Virus record (IMG/VR): IMGVR_UViG_3300045988_154566
Location: 6,167-70,166 of that record
Direction: 5' to 3' (one strand)
Origin: a virus
Length of the DNA: 64,000 nt
How positions within the stretch are numbered: the stretch's first letter is position 1; every line of letters starts with the position of its first letter. The translations under genes and the position numbers were made by a program. The notes below the pieces were generated by a model. The model was given only the letters and a program-made list of their open reading frames with translations. It ran no database searches and had not been told where the DNA came from. Positions 28,201 through 37,600 of this stretch are shown piece after piece.

Positions 28201-31200
28201 TATTCTGTTTTTGAATCTATAGAAGAAATGATATCTGGAGATTTAAAAGTAAGTATGGGTTCTCTCATAGGACTTTTTACACAAGCAGGTTTTGCCATTT
28301 CGGGTTTAATACAAACAGGAAAAGCTTTTAGTCAATTTTCAAATATGCTTTCAGGAACTATTGGAAATAGAGTCACTTTAAAAGACCAACAAGCATTAGA
28401 GAATAGAAGATATAATTTAGTAGAAGCAAGAAATAATATTGATACTTCATTTAAAGAATACCTTAGCAAAAAAAGTAGATTAAAAGATGATGAAGATAAA
28501 CAAAAAAGATTATCCAATTTTACAAGTCTATTAAATGAAGATGGAATAGAATTACCAGATAACTTATCTGCGATGAGCAAAGATGAAAGAAGAGCATGGC
28601 TTGGTCAAATAAGCGGACATAGCATCACTAAGAATAACACAACTAGTCAACATTCTTCAATATACGGACTTACTGGTGAGTTAATGTCCGATGAAGGTTG
28701 GGCAAACTTTACTGAAAGTTTAAAACAGAGAAGAGCTGCTGCGCAAGAAGAACAAGATATTATAGCAACAACTCAAGCGGTTGAAGGTCGTGGCGTTCAA
28801 ATCGCAAGTAAAGTTTCAAAAGCTATGGGTGCGATTGGTATCGCGGTTCAGGTCGCAACAGCAGCGTATGCCGCATATAATCTTATTCATAAAGCAGTTG
28901 TAGCTAATTTACAAAAAGAAGCAGAAGAAAGTCTTAGAGTAGCACAAAATACAACAGAAAAGACAAAACAATATAAAGAAGAATCAGATAAAGTTAGTGA
29001 ATTAAAGAAAGCTTATGATGAATTATATAATAAGTATAATGATGGAGAATTATCAGCTTCTGCGTTAAAGAGACAAAGCTATGACCTTTGTATGCAATAT
29101 GGTGAAGAAGAGCTTGCAGTAAAAGCATTAAGTGGAGAGTATAAGAGTCTTGAAGAAGCTATGAAGTCTATTGAGAGTGAAAAAACAGAGAAAACACTTA
29201 ATTCTGCAAAACAAGAACAGAAAAATTATGAAGTAGCTCTTAGAGACCAATTAAGTGCAAGTGCAGAAGAAGATTCAAGTAGAAGAGATTTTGTTAATAG
29301 TATCGAGACTATTGATTTAAAAGGTATGGTTACAAGAAATGCTAAAGAAGATAATTTAGCTAACCAACTTCAAAAATTAGGAGTTGAATTTATCAACAAA
29401 GACCATATTAATCTTCAGAGTTTTGTTGCTGCAATTAAAACAGATACGGATGCTGTTCAGTCTGTATTGAATGAATCTGATACTTCTGCAGCGAGACAGT
29501 TAAGACAGTATTTATCAAGTGCTAAAGACCAGGTTGATGGTTTAACAGAATCTATTGATACTGCGCATGAAGCACAAAAAACTATGATTATAGATGCTCA
29601 AAACTTTGATGCTATTGATTCTATTGAAGATTATACTGCGACATGGAGAAGTATGGTTCATGAAGCATTGAGTAAAGGTGTTTATGATTCTATCGAAGAT
29701 GCTTCAAAATGGGCAAATTCATACATGTCTGCTATTGATAGCGTAAAAGAATACGCTCAAACTGCCACAGTTGCTGATACCTTAGCTGGAAACACATCTG
29801 AAGAAGTACTTAAAGAAGTACTTGAACAAAAAAAGAATATTGACAATTTTACAGCTGAAGATTATGTCAATGAGTTAGGCGATAAAGCTCAATATAAATA
29901 TCGTACAATTGGAGTTCTTCAAGGAGGAGTTGGAGGCGGCACACCAAATGAAGCTGATAGTTATGTAACTGATGCAAATTTAGGAAAAAAAGAAATAGAC
30001 CAGGATGCCGTTGCAGAATGGAGAGAAAATAAAAAGCGTAATTATGGATTAAGTAATAGTTTAGATTATTATACATCTATGACACAAGCATTAGATAAAT
30101 ATAGTGCTTATGAGCAGAGTTTCTTTACTAATTTCTCTCAAAAACTTAGTGAAGCAATAGAAAAAAATGATGGAAATGTTGAAACAGCTTTATCTTCGCT
30201 TGCAGAAAAAATACCTAATGTATTTAAAGAAGCTGCAGAAAAAGGCGAGGCTGATTATGCACAAACTTTAATTGATGGTTTAATTACTGATAAAACAGAA
30301 TTAACAGATAAGCAAAAGAAACAAGTTCTTAATACTCTTGATTTTTCAGGTGTTACATCTGAAGGCGTATCAGTTGATGAAAAAACTTTAAATAATATGG
30401 ATTATTCTTCTCAAGCTACTCTTATGGCAGCCTTTTATGGCGAGAAGTTAAAATTGATTGAAGAGACCGGTGACGCTGCAAGAGAGGAAGCTCAAAAAGA
30501 AGCTGAGACATATAAAGAAACATATAAAGACCAAATAGATGATTATAAAGAAGCTCAAAAAGAGTTAGAATTATTATCAGAAGATTCAGATGCTAATTTT
30601 ACTCAAGAGAGTATTAATAAATTAGCTGATGAATTTAATGGTGACAACTTAAATGACCTTAAGAATAAAGACGCATTTACTGAATTAACAAAGGTTATGC
30701 AAAAACAAGGTTATAAGACTGATGATAATACTATGAAGCAATTCTTTGAAGGTCTTAGTAATAAGAAATATGCAGACCAGTTAGAAAAACTCGATAATTT
30801 AGTTAAAGACCTTACTGTTGATTCAGAAGATTGGAATAAAGTTGTTAAAGCAGGCAAGAAAGCTCAAGAAGCTAATAGCAGTGTTATTGATGATATTCAA
30901 GCTGGATATAAAACTTTAACATCTGCTATGAAGGATTATAATGCTAATGGTTACTTTACTATGGATAATCTTCAAGCTATCCTTGAACTTGAACCTAAAT
31001 ATCTTTCAGCTTTAGAGTGGGATGGAAGTCAATTTAAGTTAAATACTGCTGACTTAAAAGAGATGACTAAGGCTAAACTTGCAGATATGGCAGTAAGCCA
31101 AGCAGAAATTACTGTAGCTAAAGTTAAGTCTATTTTATCAAGTGATAATATAGTTAATGCGGCTATGGAATTAGAAATGACTCAAAAGTTGACCACATCA

Positions 31201-34200
31201 ACAATGAGTTATGCAGAAAGCTTAATTGCAAGTGCTAGAGGTTTAGCTACTAATAATAAAGAGCTTCAGAATAATGCTGCAGCAATGCAACAAGTTATGA
31301 TGTACATTGATGCGCAGGAAAATGCAATTGCCGCGATAGGTAATGTTTATGATAACATAGATGCGCATTTTGATAAGATTATGGGTGGTAGTTCTGCTGC
31401 TTCATCTTCAAAGAAGAAATACTTTGAAGATGAGTTCGATAGATATTGGGAGTTTAAGAAGGCTATTGATGAAGTTGCTCATGCAATGGAACGCCTTGAA
31501 GATGAACAAGATAATTTATATGGACAAGAATTAATTGATAATCTTAATCAAGTAAATGATTTATTAGTAACTCAAAAAGCTAACTATGAAGCTTTATATG
31601 AAGCACAAAAAGTTGAAGCAGAAGAGTTAAGAAGTTCATTAAGCGCATATGGGGCATTATTTGATGAAGAAGGTCGTCTCACAAATTACGCAGATATTAC
31701 GACATCTATGTTTGCTCAGTATGGTAATGTTGATGATTCAGAAACATATGAAGAGTTTAAAAAGTATCTTGAGAGATATGATACTCTTTATTATTCTGAA
31801 ATGGTTGATACTACAGATAAGATTGTAGAAGAATCTAAGAAGATACTTGAAAATAATCTTAAAATTTGGGAAACAGATATCCAGATTAACTTAGATTTAA
31901 AACAAGCTGAAAGAGACTGGAATGATTTCTTAAAAGAGATTAATAGAAACTTTAAATCAACATTTAGTGATGCTGGACAAGAAATTAAATATGCTTTAAA
32001 GAAAGCTCAAACATTTAACCTAGATGATGGAACTCTTGCAAGTGATATTCAGAAAGTTGAAAATATCAATTATGAGATAAATCAATTACAGAATGGCGGA
32101 ACTAGTAATTTATTTAACTCTTTATCAGAAGCGGAAAATGCTTTAAAAGAAGCTAATAAGACACTTCAAGATGATGCTGAAGAATTATTCTCAACATATG
32201 AAGAAGGTTGGAATGCTTATTTAGATTATATTGATGATGTAGGAACACATCTTGATAATATTAATAAGAAATATGAAGAATTAAATGAAGAACTTGAACA
32301 TCAAGCTAATTTAATTAGTCTTTTATATGGAGACCAAGCTTATGATAAACTTGCTAAGTTATATGATACTCAACAGAAGAATAATTTAGCTCAATTAAAA
32401 TCTTTAAGACAGCAAACAGATTTTTATCAAGCACAATATGAAAAAGCTGTTCAATTAGATGGCGAAGATAGCAAGTCCGCAGAGAAGTGGCTTGAAAAGA
32501 AGAGACAGGCTATGCAGGACCTTCGTTCAGAAGAAGAGACTTATATTAAAACTATTCAAAGTAAATACAATAATACTATTGATAGTATTATTCAAAAAGC
32601 TAGAATGGCTACAAATGGCGGAGTTGATACTGATTGGGCTAGAACTATGTATGAGTTAACAAAGACTAAATCAGAAGGTAATTATGACGATGTTGAAAGA
32701 GTATATCAATTAACCTCATTACAGTCTAAATGGAATAAATTAATTGCGGATACTACAGGAACTAAGAATCAAGAGAAGTTAAAGAAGATTATGGATGAGC
32801 AATTAGCTAATCTTGAAAAGAAATCTACTTTAACAGAATATGATATTGGTCTTGCGGAAAAAGCACTCGCAGTAGAGCAAGCTAGAATAGCACTTGAGCA
32901 AGCTCAAAATTCAAAAGATAGTATGAAGCTTACTAGAAATGCAGAGGGTAATTGGTCTTATCAGTATGTAGCAGATGAAGATAATGTTGCGGAAAAGCAA
33001 CAAGATTTATTAGATGCTATTAATGATAAATACGAATATGTAAAATCTGCAAATCAACAAGCCTTAGATGATTTACTTCAATATGAAGAAGACTTCTGGA
33101 CTAAATATGCAGAAATTATGAAAGATGTTTCTTTATCTGACGAAGAAAGACAAAGTAGAATAGCTCAACTCTATGAAATGTATTATGGAGAAGAAGGTAT
33201 TCTTACTCAAGCTTATCAGGATTCTGCACAAACACAGCAAGATTTAAACCTTGTTACAGCAGAACAGTTGTGGGCGATTTATGAATCAGACCAAGAGAAG
33301 TATGCTACTATGACTGCCGCAGAGCAAGAGCTAATAGATGGTTTAAAGAATGGAACTATTAAATCTTATGAAGATATTCAAGAAGCTGGTCAAAGAGTTA
33401 ATGATGAAAGTCTTGACTATTGGAATACAACTGCACAAGCAATGGCAGATGCATGGAATGCAGATGACGGAATGAGCATTAAATCTCAGGTTAATGAAGC
33501 ATTAAAGGATTGCTCAACTGCATTAGGAGATTATAATGCAGATGTAGATGCAGGATGTGCAGCCGCAGGTGAAGATTTTACAGATGTAGGTAATGCAATA
33601 GATGATGTATCTAATGCTATTGATGACTTAGATGGAACAACTGAAGATTATATTGATAATGCAGAAAAATTAATTGATGACTACATAAATAGTTTAAAAG
33701 AATTAGAATCTCAATGGAAAGAAGTTAAGTCTATTGTTGAAAAGAATATTGAAACTATGAAAAAATATGAGTTAGCTGCAAAGAGTGCTTCTACTGCTTA
33801 TAGTCCAGCTGCTGCCACACCATCAAGCGGAGGTAGTGGAGGTGGAGATGCTACTGATATTGCAGATAACAACCCTCCGGAAGAAACAGTTCATTATTAT
33901 GCTGTAGATAGCGCACCAGATGGTGATGGTTTAGTAGTAACAGTATATGAAAGAACGGGGAATAGCGAAAAAGCAATAGGACGAGATGGAGAAGAGCCAA
34001 AAGATTATAGAGACCATAGAATTAGTTCTGTTTGGGAAGCTAGAGATTATATAAATCAAGTTTTATCTGACAATGGATACGATGAAGAATTAGACCCTAA
34101 TGTAAATGTCCAAACAAGCGGTTACAAATATTATTTAGATAATGCAAGAGTAAACACTTATTCCTTTGATACTGGTGGCTACACTGGAGAATGGGATAAT

Positions 34201-34533
34201 TCAGGAAGACTTGCTATCTTACATCAAAAAGAATTAGTTTTAAATAAGGATGATACAGAAAATATTCTTAATGCAGTTGAATTTGTTCGTGGAATTGCAA
34301 ACTCTATAGGAGCTTCATTATTATCTCAACTTGCAGGAATGACAAATGCTACTTCTAGTATTCGTCCTGTTGGAGCTGATTACTTATCTTCTAATGTTAG
34401 TAATGCTTCTAGTAGTAATGTTTATAATGTTACTGCGGAGTTCCCTAATGCGGAAAGTGTTCAAGACATTAGAGAAGCTTTATTAAGTTTACCTAATTTA
34501 GTTAGTCAAAAAGTTAATGAAAAAAATATTTAA
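25288..34533 (+). CDS. tail tape measure protein, 3081 aa, with TP901-family core region near the N-terminus
   Basis: Motif KALNTTTTAYTNAALIFYQQGLD...MASVTGETAADVSSYMTAIWNNF. Extensive coiled coil. GGSGGGDATD linker. C-terminal globular region. Confidence 0.8.
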   Translation: MAGRKRIDIDIGFNTDTSRAKAQIQDLQKQIVNLSVAAKQNTATNTLSSDISKAVIEASKLNGILSQSMTFKGDNLDLSKFVTNLNKSGTTISQVRKNLESLGPQGQKAFTSLAQSIMSAEVPLRQSEGLLKSFSTTLTNSAKWTVASGAVHQVQTEFSKAFEYSRKLDKSLNEIRIVSGESSDNMAKFAKQANESAKALNTTTTAYTNAALIFYQQGLDTAAVKERTDAVTKMASVTGETAADVSSYMTAIWNNFNDGSKSVEYFADVLTALGAATASSTDEIAEGLEKFASIGNTVGLSYEYATSALATVVAETRQSADTVGTAFKTLFARIQDLELGNTLDDGTTLGQYSKALEAIGVNIKDSKGEIRDMDDILDDMGSKWKTISKDTQIAVAQAVAGTRQYSQLIALMDKWDVFQENLNTAKGAEGSLQQQADIYAESWDAASKKIKTSLEEIYSNLIDSKTMVDLMKFLSKAIEGFGHFIDSVGGVRTAFILLANTIISNQGPQISKYVDKVVDNFKIKFGIMGKEIEATREKAQKEYKAMIAGMDIKTPEDRAQVANMKANYDIENAIFEKKKELAKINANLTESQIEQIANEKAQLKQLEEESEVTARIYDTKKKARHAAHDDVLSLGSRFKNTNLSLDKVENIKIRNDILSKFLPEDTLQEAYAKKVLLGEMDEMESEKYLQENYSKNERVRQRNQNFRDMVKQVDPNKKFSKQERRPSRTTKIEDYNSYAQVLEDTRKALESQDYQEPIQKILQKQFTKDYNAAIQAYETNETNISTSNKVLNLFDMEKVKSGKFSLKGMQETLSTLYNSSKENKRMIDDLMRLDEYKEKDDIKKLITGQDVEGINKSDYTHMLQTIEKKRAGYLTKRDDISGNIRGLLQDYGFGAPDVAKMSDALDKQHKIIEDTDESLTAHVKVLLDVQNHSNSVVDSINKMGFSVGSIGENFTNGANAMSNFAMTANSVYSVFESIEEMISGDLKVSMGSLIGLFTQAGFAISGLIQTGKAFSQFSNMLSGTIGNRVTLKDQQALENRRYNLVEARNNIDTSFKEYLSKKSRLKDDEDKQKRLSNFTSLLNEDGIELPDNLSAMSKDERRAWLGQISGHSITKNNTTSQHSSIYGLTGELMSDEGWANFTESLKQRRAAAQEEQDIIATTQAVEGRGVQIASKVSKAMGAIGIAVQVATAAYAAYNLIHKAVVANLQKEAEESLRVAQNTTEKTKQYKEESDKVSELKKAYDELYNKYNDGELSASALKRQSYDLCMQYGEEELAVKALSGEYKSLEEAMKSIESEKTEKTLNSAKQEQKNYEVALRDQLSASAEEDSSRRDFVNSIETIDLKGMVTRNAKEDNLANQLQKLGVEFINKDHINLQSFVAAIKTDTDAVQSVLNESDTSAARQLRQYLSSAKDQVDGLTESIDTAHEAQKTMIIDAQNFDAIDSIEDYTATWRSMVHEALSKGVYDSIEDASKWANSYMSAIDSVKEYAQTATVADTLAGNTSEEVLKEVLEQKKNIDNFTAEDYVNELGDKAQYKYRTIGVLQGGVGGGTPNEADSYVTDANLGKKEIDQDAVAEWRENKKRNYGLSNSLDYYTSMTQALDKYSAYEQSFFTNFSQKLSEAIEKNDGNVETALSSLAEKIPNVFKEAAEKGEADYAQTLIDGLITDKTELTDKQKKQVLNTLDFSGVTSEGVSVDEKTLNNMDYSSQATLMAAFYGEKLKLIEETGDAAREEAQKEAETYKETYKDQIDDYKEAQKELELLSEDSDANFTQESINKLADEFNGDNLNDLKNKDAFTELTKVMQKQGYKTDDNTMKQFFEGLSNKKYADQLEKLDNLVKDLTVDSEDWNKVVKAGKKAQEANSSVIDDIQAGYKTLTSAMKDYNANGYFTMDNLQAILELEPKYLSALEWDGSQFKLNTADLKEMTKAKLADMAVSQAEITVAKVKSILSSDNIVNAAMELEMTQKLTTSTMSYAESLIASARGLATNNKELQNNAAAMQQVMMYIDAQENAIAAIGNVYDNIDAHFDKIMGGSSAASSSKKKYFEDEFDRYWEFKKAIDEVAHAMERLEDEQDNLYGQELIDNLNQVNDLLVTQKANYEALYEAQKVEAEELRSSLSAYGALFDEEGRLTNYADITTSMFAQYGNVDDSETYEEFKKYLERYDTLYYSEMVDTTDKIVEESKKILENNLKIWETDIQINLDLKQAERDWNDFLKEINRNFKSTFSDAGQEIKYALKKAQTFNLDDGTLASDIQKVENINYEINQLQNGGTSNLFNSLSEAENALKEANKTLQDDAEELFSTYEEGWNAYLDYIDDVGTHLDNINKKYEELNEELEHQANLISLLYGDQAYDKLAKLYDTQQKNNLAQLKSLRQQTDFYQAQYEKAVQLDGEDSKSAEKWLEKKRQAMQDLRSEEETYIKTIQSKYNNTIDSIIQKARMATNGGVDTDWARTMYELTKTKSEGNYDDVERVYQLTSLQSKWNKLIADTTGTKNQEKLKKIMDEQLANLEKKSTLTEYDIGLAEKALAVEQARIALEQAQNSKDSMKLTRNAEGNWSYQYVADEDNVAEKQQDLLDAINDKYEYVKSANQQALDDLLQYEEDFWTKYAEIMKDVSLSDEERQSRIAQLYEMYYGEEGILTQAYQDSAQTQQDLNLVTAEQLWAIYESDQEKYATMTAAEQELIDGLKNGTIKSYEDIQEAGQRVNDESLDYWNTTAQAMADAWNADDGMSIKSQVNEALKDCSTALGDYNADVDAGCAAAGEDFTDVGNAIDDVSNAIDDLDGTTEDYIDNAEKLIDDYINSLKELESQWKEVKSIVEKNIETMKKYELAAKSASTAYSPAAATPSSGGSGGGDATDIADNNPPEETVHYYAVDSAPDGDGLVVTVYERTGNSEKAIGRDGEEPKDYRDHRISSVWEARDYINQVLSDNGYDEELDPNVNVQTSGYKYYLDNARVNTYSFDTGGYTGEWDNSGRLAILHQKELVLNKDDTENILNAVEFVRGIANSIGASLLSQLAGMTNATSSIRPVGADYLSSNVSNASSSNVYNVTAEFPNAESVQDIREALLSLPNLVSQKVNEKNI

Positions 34534-34538
34534 AAAAT

Positions 34539-34568
34539 GGGGCAGGAAACTGCCCCAATATTTTTTTG
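34539..34568 (+). terminator. intrinsic terminator after the tape measure gene
   Basis: Hairpin GGGGCAGgaaaCTGCCCC followed by AATATTTTTTT. Confidence 0.7.
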
Positions 34569-34637
34569 GTCAGTTTTAAATAATTTTGCCCAAAGAAAAA
34601 TTAATTATTGTAAGAGATTAAAAGGAGGTTTTACAGA

Positions 34638-37600
34638 ATGTCAAATAAGAATAGTCAAGATATTTCTTCAGCTTTATTAGCGGCATTTGAGACTTATAGT
34701 AAAAGTACTGCCGCGTCAGTAAAAGCATCTGTTACTATTGAATGTACAATTACTGGTATCGTAGATAGAGCTGCGGGCATCTATACTGTTAAATATCAAA
34801 ATAATATATTTAATGTATATTCTAATAATGCTGACTACTCTATTAAAGATATTGTCTATGTTTTAGTTCCAGAAAATGATTTCTCAAAAAAGAAAATGAT
34901 TGTAGGGTTAATAAAACATAATACGGATGAATCAGCATCTTCCGCGGAAGAAGATTCTACAGCTAGTCAATATCTTGTAATTGCAGACAATGTTTTAGAT
35001 ATTAACTCAAAAGAAGTTATAAACCTTTGTTCTTTTCATACAGAAACTAAAGATGTTTTTTCAAGTAATGTAGATTCCGCAGACCAAGTTTTAATGCCAA
35101 AATATTTAAAGCATTATAAAACTTATGCTTTATCTATGAAAGTAAAAACTTCATTAATAGATAGTCAAAGAGTTGGCGGAGATTATGGTATTACATTACA
35201 GCTTCCATTCTTCAGATATAGTGAAGATAATGATAAAATGATTAATGATAAAACTTTAACATTTGATATTCATAAGATGTTAGGTAATCCATATAATTAT
35301 CAAGTTTGGACACAGCAAACTTATTATTTTACATTAGAAGAAAATGATGAAGAATTTTATGATAGCCGCAGAAGCCCCATTATTTCTGCTTTTGTAAGAG
35401 ATTTTAATCAAGATGAAAATGTTGATACAAATGATATTTTTATTAAAGATGTTCAATTTTTAGTTGTTCAAGCTTTAACAGAAATAGAAATGCAAGGTAA
35501 TTATTTAAAAATAAAATCTGATACTGGAGAATACTTTTTAAAGAATTACTTTGAAACAAAGAAAATTTTAAAACCAATTTTAAAGATAAAAGGACAAGAA
35601 AAGAATATCAGCGGATATGATTGCTATTGGTTTGTAAAAGATGCTTCAGTTAATGCAACTAACAATCCTGACTATTGTACAAAAGGCGGACTTGGTTGGA
35701 AATGTCTTAATGAGAAAACTAAAGTTAATACAAATGACAATGGAGATACTTCTTATCAATATGTTACAAATATATACAGTTATCAAGTAAAAATAGAAGA
35801 TGTTAAAACATCATTGATTTATAAGTGTGTATTAACAAAAGATACAGAAAGAATTTCTGGTGAATTAGAAATTGTAAATCTTAATTCAGATATTAAGTTT
35901 AGTTTATATTCAACAACAGGAAACAATAATTTTGTAAAAAATATAGGTAAAGTAAGTCTTGCAGCAGACCTTTATTATCCAGGAATTACAGATAATGAAA
36001 ATTCAACAAGTAATTTTAAATATTACTGGGATAGATACGCAAAAGATGGAACTTACTTAGATAGTGATTTCTTAACTTTTAGTGATATAAATACAAAAGA
36101 GAATGGACATTATATTACTAAAGGCGCTTATCCGACTTCTAAAATGCAAGATAGCAATTTAATCACTTGTACAGTATTTGAAGAAAAACAACGCGCGGAT
36201 AGTAGTATAGAGAGCATTAACCTTGGTAGCGCGGATTTAGCTATCGCCGCAGTAGATAGCTATGAATATGTAACTTATTTATATAATGCAACTAGATTAT
36301 ATAATTATGATTCAGATGGAGATTCTCCTTTTACAAGATATTATGATAAAGATACGGTAAACTTAAATGAAATTGAACCAATTACATTTAAAATATATAA
36401 AGCAAATGGAAATGAATTAACAGAAACAGAATATTTAGCTGTTAATATTATTTGGAGAATACCAAAGAAATCTTTGATTAATATTAATCCTGTTTTAATT
36501 AGTGAGGAAGACGATAATTATTATTATGTTCGTGGCGAGAGAAATCTTCCTTATACTATTGACGCTACATACAATCCTTCAAAAAGCAATAATGAGATTA
36601 CTTTATATACCACTTTTGCGGGAGTTGAGATGTTAAATAATACATCATTTACTTTTGTTAAAGATGGCGGAAATGGTACTAATGGTACAAACTATAGTGC
36701 AGAAATTATTATTGATGGATACGCATATGGACAAAAGAATCCTACTACAAATGGAGTATATAAACTTTGCTATGTTTATTTTGCGGATAGCGCAAAATGG
36801 ATGTTATATGATATGCAAAATAATCAATTAATTGATGATACAGCATTAAGAACTCTTGATGTAAGAGTATTTAGTCAAGGTAAAGTTATTACTGATGATA
36901 CCTTATATACAGTAACATGGAGTATGTTTGATGATAAAGCAACTAATCCTTGCTTTACTTTTGATAGTACAAAAAATCAGTTAGTTCCATCAGTAGCATT
37001 TAACCCTTCAGAAGTATATTGCAATATTTTGCAAGCAGAAGTAACTGTTACAGATACAAGCGTTGCTAATAAGAATTGGATAATTTATGCTTACTATCCT
37101 ATTGAAATTACTTATTGTGCAAAAGAATCAGATGTTATTTATACAGATGAAAAAGGTAATAAGAGATGCGCGGTTCCAGTGCTTAATGGCGGATATTCAG
37201 AAGTCTTATTTGCTTCAGATGGTACAAATCCAAAGTGGGACAATAGTTCTAACTTTACCGTTGTAGATAATCTATATAGTATAGATAGCTCAAATGTTTA
37301 TGATTATGAATGGGAGACTTCAGAAAACTTAAACATTTCAGAATATAGAAGTGCAGACTTACCAGAAAATCAGAAAGTAATTGAGCCTACTTCAAAATTT
37401 GATAGTGGTATTAGTAAGAACTATATAAAGACAACACTTACTCTTGATTCAAAGACTAAAGAGGGATTAATTAAAACAAAAGCAGAATATGATAAAGAAG
37501 CAGAAGATTATCAAAATCAAATTACTACTTTAACAACTAATTATTCAACTTTAAAAAATGTTTTAAGCTATTTCCAATATAAACCTTGGTTAAATGTTTT

